Of a stretch of DNA of 64,000 nucleotides, positions 39,482 to 49,332 are shown piece by piece. This DNA comes from an uncultured Actinomycetota bacterium. GTDB lineage: Bacteria; Actinomycetota; Humimicrobiia; Humimicrobiales; Humimicrobiaceae. The position numbers were made by a program, and so were the translations under genes. Under the pieces are notes generated by a model, which worked only from the letters and a program-made list of their open reading frames with translations, searched no databases and had not been told where the DNA came from. The stretch is taken from assembly GCA_964603595.1 (NCBI GenBank), contig CAZRVN010000004.1, positions 148,678 to 212,677 of the forward strand. Reading direction: 5' to 3'. How positions within the stretch are numbered: position 1 is the first letter of the stretch; each line of letters begins with the position of its first letter.

Positions 39482-40831
39482 CTATGCAGTGTACTCCTTC
39501 AAAAATTTGGGGACTTCTGCTCCCTCACGGGGACCAACAATAACTTTCCATCCTTCTCCCAGCTCTTCCTCAAGCTCACCCTGCATCTGGGCTACGTATC
39601 CCGGTATCACTATCTCCCTTTTCTTTACCTTCTCGACAATACCGCTTTTCTTTATATATTGGGCAATCAATTCGGGAACAAACTTACCAGCAGCCCACGC
39701 AGTAAGAACCGACTGCCCTTCTACATCCATAACTAAAAGCCAGGTTGGAACCTTGCTGTTTTCCACTTCACCAGAAATTATAAAATAAGTAAGTGAAAAA
39801 TTAGTTGTAATAAGTATCGGCGACTTATCATCCGGTTTTCCTATTTCATATACTTTCTGCTCTACCTGCATCGGCCTCCTCGGGTCTGTATATATGTTCT
39901 GCCTGTAAATAAGGAGCGGAAAAATATTCTGGTAATCAACATTAGAGAGAACAATAATTGAGCTATACTTGGATACAAAAGCAGATGCTATTAAAGTTTC
40001 CTTTAAGGAATCTCCTGTCATTTCATTGGGAAAAACTATAGTCGGGTAGCCATAAAGCCGGTTTTTCTGTTTTATGGCAGACATCCTTAACAGAACCTGG
40101 CTACGGAAATCTTCTTTAAAATTCCTTGAGCCAATATCTATCACCAGATTCTTAATTCCCCCATTACGCATCTTTCCGGTAATATCCGCTATATCTTCAA
40201 ATGTCCTGCCCCTAACTACTATCGGGCAACCGGTTTCTTTACCAACATTAACAAAAAAATCTATACTATCTGCAGTAGCTGCGTGGAGCAGGGGTTTCTT
40301 CTCTTTATAAGCTTCTGCCGCACTTTTTAATGTCTCTTTATCTTCTGAAATTAATATCAAAGGTTTCTTTGTAAGTGAATTAACTTTCTTTATTACCTCC
40401 ATAAACTTATCTTTATTCCTGGATTTATTTTTGATGCAGACAGCATTAACTTTTAAAACCTGGTCTACCCTCTCATAGGCAATTGAATTTACTTTTTCAA
40501 GCAACTCTTCAATCTTGCTTATGCCAAGTTCATCATCAATTGACAATGCAAATGCGTTCTGGTTTACAAATGTCCTTTCATGTCTGTGCAGCACCATTTC
40601 TTCACCAACCACAAAAGAATCTTCGCCTGTTCCCACTTCCACTTTTAATATAGGGGGCTGGGAAGCTTCTGCAAGTTCTTTTTTTACTTCATCAGAAAGA
40701 TGCGGACATCTGTCCAGCTCAACTTTTCCGGCTGCAATCTGCATAGCGAAAGCCAGGCATGTTGGAAACCCGCAATCCTTGCAGTTTGTCTTTGGCAGTT
40801 TCTTAAATATTTCAAGACCGCTCAAGCCCAT
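39482..40831 (-). CDS. acsC: Corrinoid iron-sulfur protein large subunit (CFeSP gamma, AcsC/CdhE)
   Basis: 449 aa. The N-terminal [4Fe-4S] motif TNCKDCGFPTCLAFAMQIAAGKVELDRC is present. It sits in the acs gene context. Confidence 0.8.
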   Translation of the reverse strand: MGLSGLEIFKKLPKTNCKDCGFPTCLAFAMQIAAGKVELDRCPHLSDEVKKELAEASQPPILKVEVGTGEDSFVVGEEMVLHRHERTFVNQNAFALSIDDELGISKIEELLEKVNSIAYERVDQVLKVNAVCIKNKSRNKDKFMEVIKKVNSLTKKPLILISEDKETLKSAAEAYKEKKPLLHAATADSIDFFVNVGKETGCPIVVRGRTFEDIADITGKMRNGGIKNLVIDIGSRNFKEDFRSQVLLRMSAIKQKNRLYGYPTIVFPNEMTGDSLKETLIASAFVSKYSSIIVLSNVDYQNIFPLLIYRQNIYTDPRRPMQVEQKVYEIGKPDDKSPILITTNFSLTYFIISGEVENSKVPTWLLVMDVEGQSVLTAWAAGKFVPELIAQYIKKSGIVEKVKKREIVIPGYVAQMQGELEEELGEGWKVIVGPREGAEVPKFLKEYTA

Positions 40832-40886
40832 TCCATACTCTCCTTACCTTAATTTTGTGCATACATGCACTTTCACAATTTATTAT

Positions 40887-43067
40887 CTAAAGCATTGATT
40901 CCATTTCCAGAACCGGATGTTTTACTTTCTGTATCCATTCCAGTACTTCTTCTTCAGTTTCTGCCTCTTTTTCAGTAGCAACCTTTTCAAGAAAATCTTC
41001 TATTCCCATTCCCTTAGCCCTCTCCTCCAGCAAATCCCTTATTTCTTCTTTTAACCCTCCGGGCATCCATACCAGTCTTTTCAATCCGCCATCTGCCTTT
41101 ATAAATTTCTTTGAGCCGATAAAAAATTTGCTGATGCCTATAAAACCAGGGGTCTGGATCCCCCCACCAACCATACCGGCCATAGTTGAAAACTTCATAC
41201 CGCTTGGCGTCATTCCGGGATATTCCCTGTTTACCGCCATTACTCCATTAGTGGAAGGCAGGATGGTAACTATCACTTCAAAACAACCACAGGAAGTCAT
41301 GGGATTTATCATCATTGAATACGCCGAAAAAGATTCCAGGGTTTGATTGGAAGCTTTATAAACAAATTCGTTTACTCCTTTCCATACCCCCAGTTTTTCA
41401 TCAAGTACCTCACCTTTCTTTATGGGCTGGTTAGGTCCGGTTGGATTAATCTCGTAAGACGCTTTACAATCAAGCCAGTTGTATGCACCGCAAAGGCCCG
41501 GTCTCTCAGGTGAAACCGCACATACATGATTCGGAGCAAATGACTGGCACAGCGTACAGGAATAAAAAGTATCCACACTTTCATCAGTCAGGCTGCTCAG
41601 TCTCTCATCCCTTTCCCTGAAAACTTCCTTTGCTCTTTTTTTCAGCTTTGAAACATCATCAGGTTTTGTATAAATATTTATCTGGATTTTATCCATTATA
41701 TTGCCGAAATCCGAGTGCATCCTGGCATGCAGGATATTCCCCAGATGCCTGATTTTAAAACCGGCTTTTACCGCATCTTTGCTGAACCTGAGCCAGGTAA
41801 TATCTCTCTGGCCCATATGGAATATACCGGTAGCATAATTGATAAAATAATGTATCTGCCTTTCCATAACCGGCTCAAAATCTTCTTGCATCTTTCTTCC
41901 GTAAACCAGAACTTCAATTCCTAAAGGAAGCACCCCTCCTTCTTCTACATCATCTACCTCCGGGCCGATTACCTCAATCTTTCCATCCTCCACTTTTAAA
42001 GAAGGGGCAGCATGAAGAAATTCCACCGCCTCGCTTCTATTTCCGCCAAATTCAATATAAGTGTTCGCTCTTCTCACTCTTTCACCTTCAAAAGCAGGTC
42101 CAAAAGCTACAGGAATATCAACCTTCTCTACGGTAATCTTTAAGCCCCTTATCTCTATCGCTTTTGAAACAACCTCCTCATCGGGAATATTAGAAACTAC
42201 ATGTTCGTAGGTGCATATTCCCCTGGGTAATATTTCAGGAATATTTGTATTGGCAATTGTGGGGAACCCATAATTTATGGCACCTGCGGCATTAGCTACC
42301 TTTTCTTCATCTACTTCACCAAGAGCCAGGACAAATGCGAAAACCCTGTTTTTATTATATAAAAGCATTCTTTTGTAATCTCCCGGCTGAATTCCGCCGA
42401 AGCTAAGGGCAACCCTGGTTGCAAATCCAAGTGAATAAATAGTAGCACTTACATCCTTTCCAAAGGGTACCAGCCTGGTATCCCATCCCAGTTCTACCCC
42501 TTCTTCCTGAAGCTGCTCGGCCATTGATATACCATTGGTAGAAGCTGACATAAAAACATAAATATTTTTTTCCTGAAGTTCCCTTGCAATCTTGACTGCA
42601 GTCTTGCTGTCCCTGCAGGCCCCTACACAGGCAGCAAACCCCGGCGCCGTCCCATCTACAAACTCAATTCCTCTTTCCCTTATAATTGCATCTACAGCAG
42701 AACCCAGCCATATACCGCTAACAGGTGACGAGCCATCTATATATTTTATAGCTTCTATTATCTCCTCTGCCCAGAGTGTTGCTACTCCTGCATCCAGTGT
42801 ATTCCCAAGATAGGGGAGCCATAATTTTTCACCGGGGACAGGTGGGAGTAGTTCCTTTGCCTTATTTATAACTTTCTCTCCATCCCCTAATTTTTCTACT
42901 TTTTTTCCAGTCATGCCGTATATAATAGGAAGAAAGTAACCGGTATCGGGAAACTCCAGCTTCTGGTCTCTTCCATACTTACCAATGCAATCATTAAGCT
43001 CTTTTTCTGCACGTTCAACAATTTTATATGCACCTTTAACAGCAATAGATGCAACTATTTTAGACAT
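40887..43067 (-). CDS. acsB: Acetyl-CoA synthase (ACS, A-cluster subunit; AcsB/CdhC)
   Basis: 726 aa. The A-cluster motif SCGCFE is present. It overlaps cooS by 8 nt. Confidence 0.85.
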   Translation of the reverse strand: MSKIVASIAVKGAYKIVERAEKELNDCIGKYGRDQKLEFPDTGYFLPIIYGMTGKKVEKLGDGEKVINKAKELLPPVPGEKLWLPYLGNTLDAGVATLWAEEIIEAIKYIDGSSPVSGIWLGSAVDAIIRERGIEFVDGTAPGFAACVGACRDSKTAVKIARELQEKNIYVFMSASTNGISMAEQLQEEGVELGWDTRLVPFGKDVSATIYSLGFATRVALSFGGIQPGDYKRMLLYNKNRVFAFVLALGEVDEEKVANAAGAINYGFPTIANTNIPEILPRGICTYEHVVSNIPDEEVVSKAIEIRGLKITVEKVDIPVAFGPAFEGERVRRANTYIEFGGNRSEAVEFLHAAPSLKVEDGKIEVIGPEVDDVEEGGVLPLGIEVLVYGRKMQEDFEPVMERQIHYFINYATGIFHMGQRDITWLRFSKDAVKAGFKIRHLGNILHARMHSDFGNIMDKIQINIYTKPDDVSKLKKRAKEVFRERDERLSSLTDESVDTFYSCTLCQSFAPNHVCAVSPERPGLCGAYNWLDCKASYEINPTGPNQPIKKGEVLDEKLGVWKGVNEFVYKASNQTLESFSAYSMMINPMTSCGCFEVIVTILPSTNGVMAVNREYPGMTPSGMKFSTMAGMVGGGIQTPGFIGISKFFIGSKKFIKADGGLKRLVWMPGGLKEEIRDLLEERAKGMGIEDFLEKVATEKEAETEEEVLEWIQKVKHPVLEMESML

Positions 43068-45009
43068 CTCTTAATGCCCTCCTTGCTTCCATATCCAGTA
43101 AAACCCTTTCTTTTTTGGCATCAATCTTAAGAGCTTTTCTCTTTTCGACAATCACATTTAAAATTTTACCCAGCGCTTCTTCTGCATCTGAAATATATAC
43201 CAGCTGCCCTTTATATTTTTTCTGCCACCCTGTTGTCATTATCTCTTTCACTTCACCGCTTGATTCAACAGGAATTGGCTCACCGCTAAAAATTGTATAT
43301 ACACCCGATGCGGCTGTACATGTTCCCATTGAAATTTCCTTTTCGCTCATCCACTCAGGTGCGACAGCAGCTACCGGAAGGTCGCTGATATCCTCACCCA
43401 GCCCACCTTCTTTTACCAACGCTGATAAAACAGCCAGTATCCTTGAACTATCCGCGTATGAACCTATATGTAATACCGGGGGCATGCCCACTGCCTCACA
43501 AATAGACCTTAATCCATCTCCAGCATATTTTATTGCCTCCGGATCCATAAGGCCGCTCTTTGCTATCGCAATAGCCGCACATCCCGTTGAAATAACCAGG
43601 TAATCCTTCTTAATTAATTCCCTTGCCAGGTAATTATGATATTTATCATGGCATTGCATTACATTATTGCAACCTATTATAGCCACAATACCCTGTATCC
43701 TGCCGTCAATAATAGCATCATTTAATGGCCTTAAAGACTCCCTGAATCTCCCCCCAAGCATATATTTTATATATTCAGGTGAAAATCCTGCTATAAAATC
43801 AGATGACACATCCGGTATAAACGGCTTATTCTTCCTGTTAGGGAAATTTTCTATTGCCATTTTTATAATTTTTTTCGCAAGCTCTATACCATTGCTGCCA
43901 TTGAATTCCAGATGCATGGCTCCCGTGATTTTAGCCCCGGAACTGGTGGTAACCAGTTTTGTATGATAACTCTCCGCCAGCTCGCCAAGCGCCTGTATCG
44001 CACACTGGATATCAACTACCATTAATTCTATTGCACCAGTCATTAACGCAGCTTCCTGCGACAGAAAATTTCCAATCACAGGTATTCCCTCTCTCATTGA
44101 TACTTCATTTGCGCTACAGCACAACCCGACCACATTAATACCTTTAGCACCTTTACTCTTCGCATATTCTATAAGTTCGCTTTCTGCCGAAAGTTTAATG
44201 ATAATTTCAGACAATGCCGGTTCATATCCATTAATTACCAGATTGACTTCATCTTCTTTCAGCATTCCAAGGTTTGCTTTTGACCTGACTGCCGCCGGGG
44301 TTTTGAATAATATATCCTTAATAGCAGTGGCTATCAAAGACCCGCCCCAGCCGTCAGATATGGCACACCTTATTGCCTGGTCCATAATGTGCTCCGGGTC
44401 CTGGTCAGCTCCCACATGGGTCCCGCGCATAACTTTAACTATCTCGCTGTCTATCCCCTCCGGTACTATATTTTTTTCCCTCCATAACTCCTGCCTTTTC
44501 TCCGGCGCCACCTTTATTAAATTTAATTCTCCAGACTGCTGGCCGATACAGGATAGAGCTTTCTTTGACACTTCCCCTGCAATCTCTCTTACGTTCTTAC
44601 CTTCAGACTCAATTCCCAGACTATTTGCAAAATCTATTAATTTTGATTCATCTCTGATTTCCAGACCAGGGGCTTTATCTTCTGCCACCAAACCAAGCAG
44701 GCGGGCCATTTCCCTTCCATGGCCAGAATTTACGGCGGTGCCAGCTGCAACATGACGGGCAAAATTCCTGGCGGTAACAGTCGCCATCGTTGCCCCGCAA
44801 ATTCCAGTTGTTTCTTCGGTCACAATACACGGTCCCATTGAACAGATCCTGCAGCAATTCCCGGAAATACTTTTACCGGTAGGGCATCCCTTAACTGATT
44901 CAGCCCGGTCAAATATAGTGGCTGCTTTATTACCCAGCTTATCTAAAATCCTTGCAACCGCCTCATCATCGCTTATATTACTGCGTATTTCGTCATAATT
45001 TTTTTTCAT
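43060..45009 (-). CDS. cooS: Ni,Fe carbon-monoxide dehydrogenase catalytic subunit
   Basis: 649 aa. The N-terminal cysteine clusters (GCPTGKSISGNCCRICSMGPC) and overall CODH fold pattern are present. Confidence 0.85.
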   Translation of the reverse strand: MKKNYDEIRSNISDDEAVARILDKLGNKAATIFDRAESVKGCPTGKSISGNCCRICSMGPCIVTEETTGICGATMATVTARNFARHVAAGTAVNSGHGREMARLLGLVAEDKAPGLEIRDESKLIDFANSLGIESEGKNVREIAGEVSKKALSCIGQQSGELNLIKVAPEKRQELWREKNIVPEGIDSEIVKVMRGTHVGADQDPEHIMDQAIRCAISDGWGGSLIATAIKDILFKTPAAVRSKANLGMLKEDEVNLVINGYEPALSEIIIKLSAESELIEYAKSKGAKGINVVGLCCSANEVSMREGIPVIGNFLSQEAALMTGAIELMVVDIQCAIQALGELAESYHTKLVTTSSGAKITGAMHLEFNGSNGIELAKKIIKMAIENFPNRKNKPFIPDVSSDFIAGFSPEYIKYMLGGRFRESLRPLNDAIIDGRIQGIVAIIGCNNVMQCHDKYHNYLARELIKKDYLVISTGCAAIAIAKSGLMDPEAIKYAGDGLRSICEAVGMPPVLHIGSYADSSRILAVLSALVKEGGLGEDISDLPVAAVAPEWMSEKEISMGTCTAASGVYTIFSGEPIPVESSGEVKEIMTTGWQKKYKGQLVYISDAEEALGKILNVIVEKRKALKIDAKKERVLLDMEARRALRDV

Positions 45010-45045
45010 TCTATTTGCGACACCATCTCTTTAATAGCCAATAAA

Positions 45046-45987
45046 TTATACTAATCCCTGCATAAACTCCTTAATCAAACTTACCGCCCTGGGATGCCTC
45101 ATTATCAGAATATCCGCACCGGCAAGCAACATACTCATACTTGTAATGGCCTCCCAGTTTATTCCTCTTTCCTCCTGGTTGCCCCACTGGGGGTAATGTT
45201 CCTCACTTTCCTTAACTTCTTTTAATTTCCATACCTCAGGCGCGACATCGGTTATAATAGGCATCTGAGTCATTTTATCATCCTGCATAAGTGCAGCTAT
45301 TTTTAATCTCTCCATAGCAGAGTAACAATATTCTATTCCGTAACCCAATCCGGAGGTTGAAGGGTCCATCGCTATATAATTATTCGGCAGGCCCAGCTGG
45401 GTAAGCAGTATATTCAGCTGTTTTGCAATGTTTACATCAAGCGGATTTAATGCTACGACATTATTTTTATATCCTATTGCCGAAGCCGCCATAGTTTTAT
45501 AATTATCTTCCTCAACCCAGCCCATTAAAATCTTTTCATCCTTATTTTTTTCAGAAATCTTCTTCATTACTTCAGCAATTTTTTCAAGAGGTCCTGTTCC
45601 ATACACTATCAGGGGCCGGGTTATAGATTCCCTTAAGGTTTTGACTATCTCTGCTGCCTCTTCCGGAGACAGGTCCTCATTTTCCGGATTTATCCTTGTA
45701 AGTCTGAGGCATATGGCATCAGCTCCATACCGGTTAATACTTTTTTTTGCCCATTTTACAGGGTCATCAGAAACATCACTGTAATACTGGCTTACTACTT
45801 CAGGCCAGTCTTCAGGTTTTTTATCATAAACTTCCATAGCAATAATTGGCCTGTTTGGTATTTCACCTTCAAAGCTGTAAAAAGGAAGGGCGGATTCTCC
45901 GCCCACCAGGATTTTATTATCACCTTTACCCAGTTCCAGCACATTAACCTTTCCTGAATAAATATTTTTTGGAATCTTGAAGCTCAA
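45046..45987 (-). CDS. acsD: Corrinoid iron-sulfur protein small subunit (CFeSP delta, AcsD/CdhD)
   Basis: 313 aa with a TIM-barrel pterin-binding-like fold pattern. It lies between the RACo gene and cooS. Confidence 0.7.
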   Translation of the reverse strand: MSFKIPKNIYSGKVNVLELGKGDNKILVGGESALPFYSFEGEIPNRPIIAMEVYDKKPEDWPEVVSQYYSDVSDDPVKWAKKSINRYGADAICLRLTRINPENEDLSPEEAAEIVKTLRESITRPLIVYGTGPLEKIAEVMKKISEKNKDEKILMGWVEEDNYKTMAASAIGYKNNVVALNPLDVNIAKQLNILLTQLGLPNNYIAMDPSTSGLGYGIEYCYSAMERLKIAALMQDDKMTQMPIITDVAPEVWKLKEVKESEEHYPQWGNQEERGINWEAITSMSMLLAGADILIMRHPRAVSLIKEFMQGLV

Positions 45988-46361
45988 GTCTATCTCATCT
46001 CCTCTGATTAGTATTGGCTATCATTAAAAAATTCTCTTCCTTGAAAAAGCACAATTATGACATTTTATCATTTTTAAAATAAAACTTCAGTTTGTTTTTA
46101 TAACTAATTCAGTATAAAACATAAAATCTTTAAGGAAAGCTATTTATTAAAAAAACCATAACCATAATCCAGGCTTCCCAATTGAATTTCTTTCTCTCAA
46201 TTAATGGTTGCCGGAAACTCATATACACAGGCCAGCTACCGGGATATATCTTGTAAGGATGACACTTATTCCTTAAAATCTTCTAAATAATACCATTAGA
46301 ACCGGCATTTTAATCCCTTACTTATTTATATACTCCCAGCTTTATTTAAAAATCCTTTTTT

Positions 46362-48296
46362 TCATTCTTTATTAAATGAGTCAGGACCCTTTTCTACAGA
46401 TGGAAAATCCTTCATATCAGTATAAGGAAGGAATAAACCTGCCACATACCTGTCCATAAATTTCATGTTGACGCTCAGCTCAACATAGGTAATTTTTCCT
46501 GCAATCTCCGAACTTTGCTTATATTTATTATCTGAAAGTAAGCTCAGATATGCCCCTGTAACCGATGTATTCCCGAGGAAGAAATATTTCCCGGTATCAA
46601 TATCCGGCAACATGCCTATTACTATGGCATTTCTGACATAGATATGCTTTCCGAGCCCGCCTGCTATATATATCTTTTCAATATCATATATACTCAAGCC
46701 AACTTCTTCCAGCAGTGTTTTTATACCCGCATAAACAGCTGCTTTTGCCCTTATTAAATTATCAATATCAACTTCAGTTATATATATATCTTTTCCATCT
46801 GCGCTATTCTCGCCATCTACCAAAATGTAACGGCATGTATCTCCATCAAGCTTTATGTATTTATTCCCTGTATCCTTATTAAATTTACCCTTCCTATCAA
46901 TAACTCCCTTAAGGTACATTTCTCCAATTACATCAATAAGCCCCGACCCACAGATACCCTTAGGCCTTTCCCCGCCGATTACCTCAATGCTGCATTTATA
47001 TGAATGCTTGTCAATTGCTACTTTTTCAATTGCTCCATCCACTGCCCTTATGCCGCATTTTACTCCTCCGCCCTCAAAAGCAGGGCCTGCGGAACACGAA
47101 GCACCCATCATCCATTCAGAATTGCCTACCACCAGCTCGCCATTAGTACCTAAATCCAGTAAAAGAGCCAGCTCTTTTTTCTTATGCATATTCGTTGCCA
47201 GAACACCTGATGTTATATCACCACCCAGGTAACTTGCCACTCCCTGCATGCTATAAACGCGAGCGTTTTTAATATTCTTTATACCTATCTCTCCTGCAGT
47301 GGCAACCGGGAATTTGTTAGCTGCCGTAACATACGGTTCTTCCCTTATATATTTTGGGGTAACTCCATAGAAAAGATGCATCATCGTAGAATTACCGGCA
47401 ACCATCATTGAAATAATTTTATTTGCTTTCACGTGCTCGTTAAAGAGTAACTTCCATATAATATTATTAATCGAATCTATAACCACTTCCCTTAATTTTT
47501 CCAGCCCATCTTTTTTCCCTGCATAAACTATTCGGCTTATTATATCCTCGCCAAACCTTATCTGGGGATTGTATTCTGACCAGGAAGCTAATATTTTTCC
47601 GCTCTCGAGATCTACAAGATAAAGAACCAGGGATGTAGTTCCAATATCCAGCGCCAGCCCGCAGCATTTATTACTTACTTTGCCTGCCTCTATGTCAATA
47701 AGTATCCTGTTTTTCTTATTAACAGTTACCGTAACTTCCCAGTCTTTCTTCCTAAGGACAGCAGGCAATTTCTTAATCAGTTGAATTGGCACTATGCAGT
47801 CTTTTACACCTAAATTTTCCCTTATACTTTTTTTTAAACGGAATAAATCGCTGGTTCCGTAACTGAGAGACGGCTTCTCTACGGTTATCGCCGCTTTTTC
47901 CATCCAGGGTTTGATTTCAATTGAAGAAATCTCGCTCCTGTTAATATCTGAATATTCCTTGGATTCCATTTCCGTAAATATGCCCTTTTCTATCTTTGCA
48001 CTGACCTCATTCTCTGAAAAAGTTTCTACAACCAGGTCACTTTCAACTTTAGAAAGGCATGAAAGGACATATCCGCTTTTCTTTTCCTCTGCTGATATAA
48101 ACCTGGTTTTCTTTGTGCTGACTTTACCTTCCTTAATTCTAACCAGGCACCTGCCGCAGGTTCCCACTCCTCCGCAGGGTGATTCGATGTCAACTCCGCA
48201 ATCTCTCATTGCCTGCAATAAATTGTAACCGTGAGGAATTTTTATGGATTTTTTACCGGGGATGAATTTTATTAAATGCTTTTTTTTATTTTCCAT
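46362..48296 (-). CDS. Reductive activator of corrinoid/Fe-S protein (RACo). It has a 2Fe-2S ferredoxin domain and an ASKHA ATPase domain.
   Basis: The N-terminal plant-type ferredoxin motif reads CGGVGTCGRC...C. The protein is 644 aa. It lies next to the CFeSP genes. Confidence 0.7.
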   Translation of the reverse strand: MENKKKHLIKFIPGKKSIKIPHGYNLLQAMRDCGVDIESPCGGVGTCGRCLVRIKEGKVSTKKTRFISAEEKKSGYVLSCLSKVESDLVVETFSENEVSAKIEKGIFTEMESKEYSDINRSEISSIEIKPWMEKAAITVEKPSLSYGTSDLFRLKKSIRENLGVKDCIVPIQLIKKLPAVLRKKDWEVTVTVNKKNRILIDIEAGKVSNKCCGLALDIGTTSLVLYLVDLESGKILASWSEYNPQIRFGEDIISRIVYAGKKDGLEKLREVVIDSINNIIWKLLFNEHVKANKIISMMVAGNSTMMHLFYGVTPKYIREEPYVTAANKFPVATAGEIGIKNIKNARVYSMQGVASYLGGDITSGVLATNMHKKKELALLLDLGTNGELVVGNSEWMMGASCSAGPAFEGGGVKCGIRAVDGAIEKVAIDKHSYKCSIEVIGGERPKGICGSGLIDVIGEMYLKGVIDRKGKFNKDTGNKYIKLDGDTCRYILVDGENSADGKDIYITEVDIDNLIRAKAAVYAGIKTLLEEVGLSIYDIEKIYIAGGLGKHIYVRNAIVIGMLPDIDTGKYFFLGNTSVTGAYLSLLSDNKYKQSSEIAGKITYVELSVNMKFMDRYVAGLFLPYTDMKDFPSVEKGPDSFNKE

Positions 48297-48604
48297 TACT
48301 AAAATCTAACTTTCTAAAATCACCCGGGATATTATGAAAAATACCTTTGAATGAAATTAAAAGTTGAAACAACGATTACCAGTCCCTGAAATTATATTAT
48401 ATACATAACTAAAAATCAAAATAGAAAGGCAACCTTCTTAACGGTTACCTTCCCATTTCTTATTATCTCATCCGACACTAATATCAAACTTATATTCAAC
48501 CACTTATTGGTCTTTTCCTTTGTTATGCCCGGGCTACTTTTTTGCCCGGTTTGCCTTTTTCTAAACAATTATTCTATTTTTAATTCAATTTCATATGATA
48601 TCTT

Positions 48605-49144
48605 TTACTCTAAATCCAAACCCAGTGTTATATGGGTTAATCCGTTTTGGTCCTCCGCGCAGAATAACGTTAGATTATAATTATCTTTGCTGGCACTAAT
48701 CATTGATGTCTTTCCTTCTGCACTATCCGAAGCAAACTCACTATCAATATTCCAGCCACCAAGCTGGCCTTTATACCAGTCAACTATTTTATCACTTGTA
48801 TCTTCGCTTTCAGCTATAATTGAAAAGCTATCCTTCCCGTCATGAGTAAATTTAGATGAAGTTACAATTTCCATATCAGGATATATGGGAACTTCACCCT
48901 CGGGAAAGCCCTCCGGAATATCGGCTCCGCTGCCTATGGTTGTCTCTCCTTCATCCGTTTTCATAGTTACTGACCCTTCAGATATATTAACATCTGCTCC
49001 GGTTTCATCTTCAATTGCTTTCTCTATAGCTCCCTCTGTAATTTTTTCTGCAAGTTTTTCTCCGGCATTAAAACAACCGCCGGCTAACAGCAGAGAAACT
49101 GCCAGGCTTATTATTAGAGCTAAGGTGACTATTTTCCTAATCAT
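48605..49144 (-). CDS. Lipoprotein of unknown function
   Basis: It has a signal peptide with an LLLAGGC lipobox and an acidic mature domain. Confidence 0.45.
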   Translation of the reverse strand: MIRKIVTLALIISLAVSLLLAGGCFNAGEKLAEKITEGAIEKAIEDETGADVNISEGSVTMKTDEGETTIGSGADIPEGFPEGEVPIYPDMEIVTSSKFTHDGKDSFSIIAESEDTSDKIVDWYKGQLGGWNIDSEFASDSAEGKTSMISASKDNYNLTLFCAEDQNGLTHITLGLDLE

Positions 49145-49332
49145 TCATTCTCCTTTTTAATTTTTATATTAAAACACATATTTCAGTTCTTTCATTTTAC
49201 TAAAATAAAGTTCTTTTATAAAATATTAATTTTTAAATCTTTATGTATTATAATTTCCAAGGCACAGGATAAGTCATTTAAAAACCCTGATTAACTGCAT
49301 ACTTCCTGCAATCAACATCCTGTATGAAAATC

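Noticed and set aside
48515-48560. A third copy of the GCCCGGGCTA terminator element
   Set aside because: It shares only a 12-mer (ATGCCCGGGCTA) with the hairpins at 22.2 and 25.3 kb. The flanking sequence differs. This is probably a coincidental GC-rich palindrome acting as a local terminator.
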